NCBI GenBank assembly: GCA_964658305.1
Contig: OZ210884.1
Location: 7,564,001-7,628,000, forward strand
Length of the DNA stretch: 64,000 nt
Direction: 5' to 3'
Source: Leptogorgia sarmentosa
Taxonomy: Eukaryota
Shown: piece after piece, positions 40,114-53,841 of the stretch
Layout of the letters: each line of letters opens with the position of its first letter
Position numbering within the stretch: the stretch's first letter is position 1
Notes under the pieces: generated by a model
What the model saw: only the letters and a program-made list of their open reading frames with translations
What the model was told of the DNA's origin: nothing
Database searches by the model: none
Translations under genes and position numbers: made by a program

Positions 40114-43100
40114 TTAGCAATTTATAAGAGCTCTAGCGTAGTCAATATAACATTGTTCTGTTTTGGGATGGTTTCTTCCTAGAATTTTCGAATACATTTT
40201 GTACGCCAGGCGCAAATTATTTACCACGAGACTTTTGTTTTTCATTTTACTTGCGATTGCGGCCACTGCGAAGTACAAATTACCTTCAACTTCGCTTCCT
40301 TCTGGGAAAATATCTTTAGCGACAGACAATGCATCATAATGAGAAGTTAAGGCTTTTTCATAAGACTCTTTAAACCAATAAGCTTTTGCAAGCCGCAGTC
40401 GACATTCAAATTCTTCAGATTTGTCAATGACGTCATGAGAAAGTTTTGGGAGCTGCAGTAATGCGTGGCCAAGAGACTCAATTGCTGCATCATATTCCCG
40501 CATTTCATTAAAAATACGACCTTTCAAGACATGACACTGAAAGATAGATGGGTGTTTTCTACATTCTGGGAGTGATTCCGCGATTTCGGTAGCTCGTTCA
40601 ATTGCTTCCCCCGCCAATTTAAACTTCCCAACCTCAACTAAGATTCTCACGATTTCACTGTACCATTCAATAATGCCATTCCGTAAATAGACATGACCTA
40701 GCATTATTTGGTCCAACGTTATATTAAAAGCTTTTTTAAGGGACTCCAGACCAGAATTATGGTTTCCAGACTCAAATTTCTTCGCAGCTAATCTCAAATG
40801 CAATATTTTCAAAAATGGTTGCATTTCTTCTTTAATCACATGTGTAGCACTATCAAACAATTCAGTATACAACTTTTCATCTACCTCCGCATCCAGTAAT
40901 TGGCTACAGATAACGTGTTGTACGAGTTCGTCATTGCAATCCGCACCCAATTGAAGTCCAGTTTGAAGAACATTCAAACTTTCAGTTTTGTTGCCAAGAC
41001 GGTCATGCACTCGTGCGATAAAATTGTAACACATAATGACAAAACTCGACGAACAGCGCTTGTCGGCAGAAAGTTTCACATATATTTCCAAAGCTTGCTG
41101 TAATGTCGCTAGCGCTGAAGTGAAGTCATTGAACTGGTGCTGTGCCATGCCCAGCCACAAAAGAACTTCAGCAATCTCTTCAGTATCTTCACCGGATGAT
41201 TTCCTTCTTAGTCTAAGTGCTTCTTCAAGTGATTCAATGGCTAATTCAGATTTGTTCATGTAACTGTATACTTCTCCTTTTTCAATATATGTTTTGGCCA
41301 GGATGTCAATTTCTCTACTGTTCCCGTCATTAGAGGTTTCCAAAATTCCAATAACATGATCAAATGCATCAAGAGCAGCACTAAAATTTTCAGCAGCTTT
41401 CTCAGCCTCGCCCATCTCAAGATAACAAAACGCACTCGCTTCATGTTGTTTTCCATAGAGTTTTAGTGAGAGGTGAAGCGCTTTACGACATGTCTTCACT
41501 ATTTCAAGATTTTTTTTTGGATTCAATGTTTTGTCCATGTACATTTTTATTGCATAGCAATTCAGAAGTCGCTCAGACAATCGAGGCCTAAAATCATGAG
41601 ATGTCAATTCTGACTTTGTAGACTTGTCCAAAAAATTGATCTTTTCATCCAAAAGAAATTCTTGCCCAGCAATTCGGCCAAGAATGGCTGAATTACAATC
41701 ACAGTACATTACCAAAGAAAATAAATATCGTGAATTCCTAAGGCCATTGCTTCCTAGCTGTTGTTCAAGCATGCGCAAAAGGTTTAAGAGATGCGTTGCT
41801 ATCTCACCACTTACAAATGCTCTTGACCAGGAAACCAGAAGATGAACAAACAATATTAATTGTTCGCCTTTACATTCGTTTTGTCCCGATAACGAAGATT
41901 GCTCGCAGTCATTAATTAAAAAAAGATTATAATTACCAATTTCGTCACAAACTTCGATCGCTTTTCTACTGAAGTTGTTTGACTTGCTGTATTCTTTCAA
42001 ATCAGTGTAATACAGAACAAGAAGCTGCAGACATAAACATTTTATCAGTTGTTGTTCAGGGCATTTCGCCAAACCATCAAAATGTTTTTCAATTAGTTTA
42101 ATACCTGATTTACGATTTCCTTTTGAAATAAGCGAAATTCCTTCATAACTACCTAGTTTTGCTGCACTACCATCCGTTGACAACATAACATTTTCACGTA
42201 CTTGTTCAGGTATTTCTGAGTCTGTGTTTGAGACGAAGAAAGGAGAGATAACACCACAAAAATATTTGCTGACATACAATTTTGAGCAATCGTATTCCTG
42301 TGCACTAAATCTTTCTATAGCAGAATCATACAGTTTGGGAATAAGCTGCAATGACGTCGACGGCAAATCAATCAGAAAAAGAAATATTTCACTTTTGGAT
42401 AATATTCGACCGAGATCTTGCAAACTGCTTGTCAGAGACAGGCGCATAGCAGTTGATAGATGCTCCAGGGTGTCTTCTAGTTGCGGACTCTCAACCGACA
42501 TTCCAGCAAGGAAATCGTCATTGAACTTTTCGAAAAGAAGTAAGTAATAACTACAATAGCGATTTCTAGAAGAATTGACAACATTCTCAAAATCACATCC
42601 TTTTGCTTTTTCCACGACAAACGAATAAATAAGAGGATGGATGGAATAATTCTCTCCTCCGGAATCTTCATCAATTAACGATTTCTTGACAAGTGTTTTA
42701 AGGCTACGTGTGCTTTCCACAACCCCTATTTCCGCAGAAAGAACTCCAACAGCCGCGTCCTTACTTATTCTAGAGGACCTGAACACGGTTAATGAAATCA
42801 GCGCATGTTTGTCAGTTATCGTCAGCTGCTCAAACGGAATCTCAAATAATCTTTTTATGTTTTTCTCGTATGGACTGTCTATCTCCCCCAGTAAATCTCC
42901 CGAAAAGCTTAGCTCTTCAAGTATTACATTCGCCATATCTTCAGTGACATTTTCAACTAACGAAGCAACAAGTTTCATCGCCAGAGGAACATGAGAACAA
43001 ATTTCAGTCACTATAGCCACAACATTTTCCGAAATTTTAGGAAGTAGTTGACGAACAAATTTTACAGACGAAACTGGATGGAGGGGTCGAATTCGGATGT

Positions 43101-43604
43101 TTTGAAAACCGCCGATTTGAACGCACGTATTGTCCAAAATCTCTCTCGTGGTACAAATAATATTAATATTAGCATTAGTGTCTAGCAATTCTACGAATAA
43201 ACGCGATAGAGTGGCTGAACCTCTTTCAACGGACAAAAGATCATCAAGGTTATCAAATATGAGAAATACTGGACAAGAAATTTCTCTAAAAATACATACT
43301 AGTTTGTCGATAGGTTTTAGGCTATGATCAATTAAGTTGCCTCTGAAAATACCTAAAAGTTTTGATAAAAATTCGTCTACTGTGTTAATACCTTGCAATT
43401 TGAAAAAGTAAACAGGATATCCAAGAAAAACAAGATGATGTGCTGCTCCAATGGCTGTTGATGTTTTACCAAATCCAGGCGATCCCCAAATGTTCAACAG
43501 TCGTGTTGATTGGTCAGTTATGAGGTTCGTAATTTTTTCAACTTCGGCGTCTCTACCAGTGAAGAACGGGACAGCACTTGGAATATATGGCTTGGGTAAA
43601 GTGT
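40114..43604 (-). CDS. HEPN-STAND-TPR gene 4, exon 2; spliced product ~1424 aa
   Basis: Acceptor cattttAG|ACACT (phase 1), all STAND motifs and TPRs, uninterrupted frame. Confidence 0.92.
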
Positions 43605-44340
43605 CTAAAATGATTGATACAACAATAAGTAGAATGAGTAACAATATTCTCAGGCACTACATTTGTGTCGATGTATCTCTGGGCGTATGCACCATGAGAA
43701 AGCAGAAAAACTACTCGATCTTAACGAAAACTAGTGGCCGCATGTCAAAGGAGAAAAATTTGCCAAGAATTAAAGCCGATTTTTCGAGAAGTACTTCGCA
43801 AATGTAATGCATATACATAGGACAACAATTATCTCTACGTAGTTGAAGTTTGACTTCCTATGCTAATATCAATTATCGAGACAATGGCGAGAAATAACGG
43901 ACTTTGGGTGCAAAATATAACTTTATTGCAATACATTGCAAGTGAGTGCACGCGGCTAATTAATATTCCACGGCCAGTATGCTTTCACAATCATGTTTAT
44001 TTCTCGCCATGATGCACCCAACGATGCACTTCGCTTAATAAAAGCATGACAAGTGCATCGCTACTTTATTTCTTCTTATAAGTATAACCCACTAACAAAA
44101 TGATAAACGGAAGTTGAAACATAGGTATCTATATATTGATATAGGAATTCAAACTGTTTTAATAATTCTCGTAGTATTTATTTCATGGTTTTAGTTTCTT
44201 CATAAAAAAGTCTTCATGTATTTCACTGCATGTTTAATACTTCATAAAAAATAAAAAAATTCCAAACTCAAGAATCACAATGCGATATTCTGGCAAGAAC
44301 TACAGTACAGTACATCTAAAGAAAAACTATCATGTTATAC

Positions 44341-45124
44341 CTGCTATATTTCCCTTTTCAACCAAGTTCAACTTTTTCATCATCTGCTCTACATTCTCTA
44401 TTTTCTCCGTTTGTTTTCCCATTGAATTCTCTTGTTTCTCTGCCAATTCTTTAATAGAAGATAATGTCTGCTCAATGTTCTCGTGAAACATACTGATAGC
44501 TTGTAACTCCTTTATACGACATTCCTCCAGTTTCTGAACTTTCTCTGTAGGAAAATCATCTTCGCTCATTTGACCGATAACGTCAACAAAACTAGTATCA
44601 ATCTTCATTGCCGTTAAAGCGTTGATTACTAGCTGTACATAAACATCAAAATCAGTTTTAAATATTTCTGGTTTTGGCGAATGGCAAAGTTTGTTTCTCA
44701 GTAATCGCAGTTGATCAATTGCCAAAGCGTAGGTTTCATCTTGATTTCCTGTTGAGCTTTGAACTGAAGAATGAAAAGAACCTGGAACTGGCTTCACTTT
44801 CTTCAAATATAAATCGTTCAATGTTGAACCCTTGCTACTCGGAGCGCCAAATGTTTTGGCATAGATTGTTGCTTTAAACAAAGCTGTACAATCCCATTCT
44901 TCAATTGATTTCCCTGTTGGTATATCAGTTTTTCCTTCAGATGCGAGAAGCAAGTTTCGTACTGTAAAGCTGTCATCCCAGGGAATGAATCCTGGTTTCA
45001 TCGAAACTTTACTGTCCCACATGATGACAAAAATTTCACGCAACACCTTGGGAAACTCATCGAGAACAAGTGTGGAAAACTTAAAGAAATTCAATTGTTC
45101 CTTAGAAAATGGTTTTGCTGCCAT
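44341..45124 (-). CDS. HEPN-STAND-TPR gene 4, exon 1 (HEPN plus coiled coil)
   Basis: ATG at 45124, RNKLCH motif and phase-1 donor. Confidence 0.88.
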
Positions 45125-48100
45125 TGCGCGTGGGTGTGATATCTAGACCATTTTTCTTCTTCTAGTTGTAGGAACTACATAAATCTACAAAAGCAATTAA
45201 AATACATGGAAATATTTGTTCAATAACGATATGAAAATATACGGTATCTCTTACAACATGAAAATAACTGGATTGTCTAAGCAATTTACCGAATTGAAGA
45301 AGAATAGAGATATATTTTCAACTGGAATATCAGTAATTTTTAACCATTGCATTTCCTTTGCATCTTTAATTTGAATTCTTGCAAATTTTAATGAAAACAT
45401 TCCACGTTTCACAAGCATGAAAACTTAGCTGTTTTGAATATTATTTAACAATGGAAAATCTCAGTATAAGGTGACCAAATGACATAAAGTGAAAATTGCA
45501 CCACAATGGTAAACTTGGACTTGCATAAAACATGATTGTTATTTAATTAAAGGCTGGTTAATAGAAATGTTCAGTTCTTCTACCAATTATTTATTACCGT
45601 AGTGCCAATTATTCCTAAACAGGCTTGCTGCAGGAAATTCACTCTTTAATGTTTAAATGGGCTACATTGGGCATCAAAAAATGTACAGTATGAAAAATAT
45701 TGAAAAATATTCGCTAAACTATGAAACATGCGTAGCCAAGAAAACTAAGAAACACCCTCTGGTATCTACCACTAAAATTATTTTGAAAACTATATATGTT
45801 TTTGAAGCAGGAAACGTGTTGCTGAAGGATATATTTAGAAATGCATTACCCACAAAATTTAGTCTTTATTCACCCAATTTGTTAATTGGGTAAAAATATG
45901 GAATATATTGTACTCGCTAACAAAGTTTAGACAATTTTGATGCAGCCTGAGACGAAATTGCGATGTCCGAAAACTTGATCCTTAAGAATTAGCTGGCGAA
46001 TTTTGCATGGTAATTTATGCAACTAATCCAAGCATCTGAGCATGTACAAATATACATTAACCCGCTGCGATTTTTGCAGCACGATTCGCATTTGGATTTG
46101 ATATATGAAAAGTTTCGCAGATGCGCTACCGCAAATTTCTTTTCCGTACGCAATGGAAAGCATTTGGGATGCTAAACCATAAATTAAAATGTGGCTTCTT
46201 CACGCGCACTTACTCGATTGTGTGATGCATGCCAAACTAATCATAGCATGCATGTAAACGTATCTTTGAAGCATTTTAGTGTTATTTTACGCTGCCTGCG
46301 CTGGTTACGTATTGAAGATAGTTATAATTCTCAGATGGTCACTGGGAATTCGTGAACACTAATGTATTATAACACCTTTTATACCATATTACGCTCTAGC
46401 CTTCAGCTCGGTTTATATGTTAGCATATCATCATTCATATAACTAGCATACAATTACAACACTTCAGTATGGTAAATATGTTACTTTTTTCTTACCTTTC
46501 GACACTCAGTAGACAAGCTAACATACCCAAACCAGTCTTTGACAAATCCTGCTCAAGACAAGTAATAAAGATGCATTGAATTTGCTGCCAATATGAGAAT
46601 ATAATTGTGGCTTGTAGCGAGGCGGAAGCTAGTATGATTGAAAAATTTTTCGTCTTTGCAAAGGCTTATGGGAAAGTTTTGGTTGTTCATTGGTTGGTAC
46701 TGGGCAATATACATGTTACTAAAGTAGAATCTCGCTATCTCGAAGTGAAAGCCAGTTCCCTTGAAACTCATAGTACATTTATATCACTCCTCGCTATGTC
46801 AAACTCCCGCTATCTCGAACAAATTTTTGTTGCCCTTGAGGGATTGTACTCTGAACAATTGTGTGGAAATAGTACTGGAACAAGTGGCTGCATGGGTGCA
46901 CGTGTATTACCACAAAGCATGCGTTGCAAAGTTTGAGATAAATTTCGCCTACAGCACAAATTACGTCTGCCGCTCAGCGGCGCTATGCTCGCTCGCTCCC
47001 AAGCAAATAATACATCTGTGACATGTGCGCACATTCTCAATCTATATTTTCGTGATTTTCAAAGCGTGGATAACGTCGTGAGACGTAGTTCTGTGTTTCA
47101 GACTTTCAAGTTAAAAAAAGTTTGCCTTATTGTTGTTCATATTTTCACCGTTGTTTAGTCACTCCTTGATGAAATCAAGATAACACAATACATATTTTTA
47201 AAAAGTTTTATTCCGTACAAGACTATACATGGATCTACATATTTAGCTACGTGCATGTTCCTCTCATGCAGCTAATAAGATAATACAACTTCAATTATAT
47301 TATTGAATTTTATAACATGTTGTATATTCTATACCGTTTATATTCTGATCCATAGCTACAAATTTTCCAATCATACATGTGGTGGTTAAATTACAATTAC
47401 ATTATCACAACAAGAATCTCTTTCTTAAAATAGCTCAGTTCATTGATATCGACATAGCTACAAAGACCTTTTACAACTTTTGTATTTCTAAGACTCATCA
47501 CCGCATGATCATGCACAACCCGGCATTTGAAAAGTTTTCGGAAGATTCGTTTCGAGATTTGAAATATTGGCCAAAGACATTTATCTTTTTACAAGAGATA
47601 CGAGATAATATAAACGATCCTGGTGACCCGGTTGTTCAAAAGCTGGTAAGGCTAACCACGTCTTACATAGTTTGAGATTCAACGCAAATTTTCCAACGAA
47701 TTAAAAAATATTTCTTCAAAAATCTCATCTGCATCAAAAATGGTTTTCCTCTTAAAAGTTTCGAAGTAAACGGACGTGCTGCATAAATACACAAACTAAA
47801 ACGCCGGGTTTTTATTTTAAATCCAGGTTAGCGTTAACCTGCTGTTAAACAACCGGGTCCTTAGATCATTAAGACGATAGTAGTAAGAAGACAAAGGACT
47901 TTACATGAACCAATATTTGAAATCATGAAAACATGGGTGAATTTCAAAGCTATCAAAAAATTAAACGTCGTTTTTGTGTGTTTTCTTCGCATTAGCTACG
48001 ATCAGTACAATGCAAAGGAGTAAATATCGAAACATAGGAAAATCAATAGATAACATTTAATTATTTATAATTTTGAGCCGTTGGGGCCAAAGCCAAAATA

Positions 48101-49769
48101 AAATGTGTTCATGTCTGATGAGCACATACAACCTTTGAAACATTTTCTATCATTATCATAATTCAAATCGTTCAGGAAAATTATTGAAAAAGATTGGAAA
48201 AGGTCTCAGAATAATAGACAAACATTGCCACATCTTTCAACAACATTGCTATAAGATCAAGCAAAAACAGGAACGAAATTATCCAACTCAGCGTTTGTCT
48301 ATTTGTATTTTGCAAATATTCGCAAACTTCTTGGAAACCGAAAGTTAGAAAATTTCCCCACTGACACAAACTACGTGTAAGAAAATCAGAGAAGAAGACT
48401 GTGACACTTTTTACAAGTTTCCATTGAAAAAATTATGTTTTCTTGACAAACTGAACATCTTAAAGCTAAGTTAATCCGTCCCTGTCTTCACCTGAAACTA
48501 TAACGAAATGTTTGAAATGTCTGCTAGTTAAATTAAATTATACGATACTTAATAAAGGATAATGGCAATAAAAATAATTTAATATAAAAGTAATATTAAT
48601 TATATTCTCCAAACCAAAATCTTATTGAAGAATTTTTGCCTTTTTTGCATTAATGATATTATCGCTGAAAAATAAAAATAAAAATTCCACTGCATTCCGC
48701 CATCTTATTGGATAGCCTACCATTGTTAGATATCTATACGAACGTCACAAACAGCGCAAGTAGTTCTGTACTTTGACCTACTCTTGCGTTACGGTTAGTA
48801 GCTTAACGTAAAACTATTTACTTTTCACTTTTAAAGTGTCTATACCGTTGTTGTGAGGTTGATCAAAATTAATTATGAAATACGACAAAACATTTTAGAT
48901 CGCGAAGTTACTATTTGCAACATGAATTTGTAAGAATTTTCCGTAAAACAAATTCTGGCCAATAATAACTTCGGAAAACCACGGACAAAATCACTCTTTT
49001 ATTAAAAAATATTCTTAGCAACCGACGGTTGTTAGATTGGTTGATCGATCAACAAAAAACGCGATCCTTCATTCCACCCCATTCCAGTCTAATCTTTTGA
49101 ATTCAACTTTTATAAAATATGAAATAGAACTTCCTCGCCTCCCGCTAACGTGCCGCTTTCTCTGAAAGTCTCACAGGATGATAACAGTGTTGAACGTCAA
49201 GATGACTTTTTCAGAGATGAAATAGTGACAACAAATTTTGGTCTCATGTTCCTCGATATAAAAATCATGGAAAGTTCTCATTCTGAATAAATGACGTTAC
49301 CGACATTGGAAGATGCACACTATAGAGGCGATATTTTTCTTAGAGGAACTTCTTTCCACATATAGCTACTGTACTGAAATAATTAAGTTATTATTGGCTT
49401 TCAATAGGGTATCTGTAATGCATGCATCTTTTGTTGTTGTTGTTGTCGAGAATTGGATTCTAAAAATCAGAAATTCCGATAACCGTGTTTCATTTTCCAT
49501 GGCCGACTGCCTCGATTAGCATCGTGGTTATTTCAGTAAGCCTCCGCTTATAATAAAACACTTGTGGTAATTGCTTAAATTTATTTTAAAGCAGCGTGTT
49601 CTTTTTGATGTACCTGGTATAACTGAATGCAAGAAAATATAAAAATGCCTTTTAATTTCACAAAGATGTAGAAAATTATCGAATGAAGAATGATACCACA
49701 AATACTGTTATAGTTAAATTTCTAACCCGTTGATTAAACATTGCTGCAATAAAGTTGATTACATGCATC

Positions 49770-52700
49770 TTAGCAATTAATAAGAGATCTAGCGTACTCA
49801 ATATAACATAGTTCTGTTTTGGGATGGTTTCTTCCTAGAATTTTCGAATACATTTTGTACGCCAGCCGCAAATTATTTACCACGAGACTTTTGTTTTTCA
49901 TTTTAGCAGCTATTCTGGCCACTGTGAGGTACAAATCACCTTCACCTTCGCTTCCTTCTGGAGAAATATCTTTAACGACAGACAATGCATCATAGTAAGA
50001 AGTTAAGGCTTTTTCATAAGACTCTTTAAACCAATAAGCTTTTCCAAGCTGCAGTCGACATTCAAGTTCTTCAGATTTGTCAATGACGTCATGAGAAAGT
50101 TTTGGGAGCTGCAGTAATGCGTGACCAAGAGACTCAATTGCTGCATCATATTCCCGCATTTCATTAAGAATGCCGCCTGTCAAAACATAGCAACGAAACA
50201 CCCAAAAATGTTGTATAAATTCTGGTAGCGATTCTGCTATCTTGGTAGCTCGGTCAACTGCCTTTTTCGCCAATTTACACTTTCCAGTCAAAAGTAAGAT
50301 CCTTGCCACTTCTACATAACATGCAACTGTGCTCTCCCGAGCAACGACATCACATAGCATTGTGTCGTCTAATTTTATATCAAAAGCTTCCTGAAGAGAC
50401 GCCAGGCCATCTTCATGCTTTCCGGACTTAAGATGCCTTGCAGCTAATTTCAAATGCATTATTGGTAAAAGTGGCCCTTTAAATTTTTCCTTTATCAGAC
50501 GTACAGCATTGTTAAGCCAATCTATGTAAAAGCTTTCATCAACCTCCTTATCTAAAAGTTGGAGACAGATAAAAAATTGTGCTTCTTCGTCATTGCGATC
50601 CACACTCAAATTAAATGCGGTTTTAAGAACATTTACATTTTTAATGTGGTCGCCAAGATCGTCGTGCACTTGTGCTATCATATAGTAAGCATGTACTAGT
50701 CTAGAGGGGTTGCCAGCATTGGGGAGTTTCACCATTATTTCTAAAGCTCGTTGAAATGTTGCTAGGGCTGAAGTGAACTTTTTAAACCGGCGCTGTGCCA
50801 TGCCTAGAGAGAAAAGAACGATAGCAATTCTTGCGCTCTCCTTGCTCAATGATTTCTCTCTTATTCTAAGTGCTTCTTCAAAGGATTGAATGGCTAATTC
50901 AGAATTGTGCATACCGAACGTGTGTACTTTTCCTTTCTCAGCATAGGCATTGGCTAAGATGTCATTAGAACTGCTTATCCTGTCATCATGATCAGTGATT
51001 TCCAAAATTTCAATAACTTGATCAAATGCATCAAGAGCAGCACAATAATTCTCCGCAGCTGTCTCAGCCTGGCCCAATTTAAAGTAACAAAACGCGGTGT
51101 GTTCGTGTTGTTTTCCCTTTAATTGTAGTGAAAGGTCAAGAGCGTTGCGACATGCCTCAACTTTGTCAACATTCTTTTTTGGACACCTTTCTTCCTTGTC
51201 CATATTCAATTTCAATGCATAGCAGTTCAAAAGCCGCCAAGACAATTCAGGCCTAACTTGATGAGAGAAACTGGGAAATGTGGACAATTCAGACTTTAAA
51301 GACTTGTCCAAATGATTTATCTTCTCATCCAAAAGAAATTCTTGTTGAGCAATTTTACAGAGGATAGCCGAAATATTATCACTATACATGACCATTGAAA
51401 ATAAATAATGTGAATTACCAAGCGGCTTGTTGTCTAGCTGTTGCTCTAAGCTGTGCAAAAGGTCTAAGAATTGCGTTGTTGTTTCATCACTTACAAATGC
51501 TTTTGACCAGGAAAACAGAAGATAGACAGACAATATTAATTCCACTCCTCTACATTCGTTTTTTAGTAATAGCGAAGATTGCTCACATTCACAAATCAAA
51601 AAAAGACTGCGGTTACCAATTTCGTCACAAATCTCGCTCGCTTTACGACTGAAGTCGTTTGACTTTCTGTCCTCTTTCAAGTCAGTGTAATACAGAGAAA
51701 GAAGCTGCAGACATAAGCATTTTATAAATTGTTGTTCAGAGCGCTCTGACAAACCATCAAGATGTTCTTTAATCAGTTCAACACCTGATTTGCTGTTTCC
51801 TTCGAGAATGAGTGAAATTCCTTCATAACAACCTAGTTTCGCTGCACTACCATCCGAAGACAACAAGACATCTTCACGAATTTGTTCAGGTATGTCTGAG
51901 TAGATATCCTTGACAAAAAAAGAAACGACAATACGACCAAAATACTTGCTGACGTACAACTTTGAGCAATCGTATTCCTGGGCAATACATTTTTCTATAG
52001 CTGCATCATACAGATTGGGAATAAACACTAATGACTCGCACGGCAAACCAATGAGAAAAAGAAATACTTCACACTTAGATAATATGCGAACGAGATCTTG
52101 CAAAATAATTGTCAGAGACTGACCCATAGCAGTTGACAGATGCTCCAGTGTGTCTTCCAGTTGGGGACTCTCAATCGACTTTCCTGCCAGGAAATCGTCA
52201 TTAAACTTTTCAAAAAGAAATAAGTAATAACTACAAAAGCGAAGTCTAGAAGTATTGAGAACATACTCAAAATCACTTCCTTTTGCTTTTTCCACGACAA
52301 ACGAATAAATAAGCGGATGGATAGAGTAATTCTCTCCACTGGAATCTTCATCAATTAACGATTTCTTGACAAGTGTTTTAAGGCAACGTGCGCTTTTCAC
52401 AACACCTATTTCCGCAGAAAGAACCTCGACAGCGGCGTCCTTACTTATTCTAGAGGACCTGAACACGGTTAATGAAATCAATGCATGTTTGTCAGTTATC
52501 GTCAGCTGCTCAAACGGAATCTCAAATAATCTTTTTATGTTTTTCTCGTATGGACTGTCTATCTCCCCCAGTAAATCTCCCGAAAAGCCTAGCTCTTCAA
52601 GTATTACATTCGCCATATCTTCAGTTACATTTTCAACTAACGAAGCAACAAGTTTCATCGCCAGAGGAACATGAGAACAAATTTCAGTCACTTTCGCCGC

Positions 52701-53284
52701 AAAATTTTCCGAAATTTTAGGAAGAAGTTGACGAACAAATTTTACAGACGAAACTGGACGGAGGGGTCGAATTCGGATGTTTTGAAAACCATTGATTTGA
52801 ACGCTCGTATTGTCCAAAATCTCTCTCGTTGTACAAATAATATTAATATTAGCATTAGTGTCTAGCAATTCTACGAATAAACGCGATAGAGTGGCTGAAC
52901 CTCTTTCAACGGAAAAAAGATCATCAAGGTTATCAAATATGAGAAATACTGGACAAGAAATTTCTCTAAAAATACTTACTAGCTTATCAATAGGTTTTAG
53001 ACCATGATCCACTAAACTACATTTAAAAATACCTAAAAGTTTTGATAAAAAATCGTCCACTGTGTTAATACCTTGCAATTTGAAAAAATAAACAGAATAC
53101 CCAAGAGAAACAAGATGATGTGCTGCTCCAATGGCTGTTGATGTTTTACCAAATCCAGGCGATCCCCAAATGTTCAACAGTCGTGTTGATTGGTCAGTTA
53201 TGAGGTTCGTAATTTTTTCAACTTCGACTTCCCTGCCAGTGAAGAACGGGACAGCACTTGGAACATATGGCTTGGGTAATGTCT
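49770..53284 (-). CDS. HEPN-STAND-TPR gene 5, exon 2; spliced product ~1444 aa
   Basis: Same acceptor and motifs as the other genes; divergent central TPR block; uninterrupted frame. Confidence 0.92.
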
Positions 53285-53841
53285 CTAAAAGATAAATTAT
53301 ACAATAATTATATTCTCACTATACATTTCTACCGACGTTTCTCTGAGCATATGTACTCCGAGCAAGCAGAAAAACTGGTCGCATGCACGTCAAGAGAGAC
53401 GTAGTAGTTGAAGTCAGGCTGGCTCTGAATGTCGCCAATAAAGACAAAATAAACTTATGAAACTCATCTTTTTATAATTTCTGTGCACTGTTAGTCCATT
53501 TTGATCACTAGCAACTAATTCTAATTCTAAAAATATGTACTTTTTGTTCACTAAAAAACATCTTATATAATGTCAAAGCTTGTTTGCTTTTCCACTACTT
53601 AAATGACAAACGGAAGTTGGAACATCAGTATATTGGTATCGGAAGTAACACAGTCTTAATGATTCTCGGAGTATATATTTCACGTTTGTAGTTTCTTCAT
53701 AAAAAGTCTTCATTAAAAGAAGTTTCATGTAAAAATTAAAAAGTTCCATTGAAACCGAATCAATTGATTCCTGAATCACAATGAGATATTCTGGCAAGAA
53801 CTACAGTACAGTGGATCTAAAGAAAAACTATCATGTTATAC

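Noticed and set aside
43605..43644. Hydrophobic signal-peptide-like start (MLLILLIVVSIIL) of the 1176 aa ORF
   Set aside because: This is translated T-rich intron sequence upstream of the acceptor, begins at TTG, and is not shared by the paralogs.
3406..48369. Recurrent spacer ORFs (KASSLETH.., MVVKLQLH.., MKKIGKGL..)
   Set aside because: Frameshifted or truncated differently in each unit, overlapping MITE remnants, with no recognisable domain.
6918..53007. Many recurrent plus-strand and alternate-frame ORFs of 60-120 aa overlapping the receptor exons
   Set aside because: They are antisense or out-of-frame shadows. They recur only because the underlying gene is duplicated, and their ends vary between copies.
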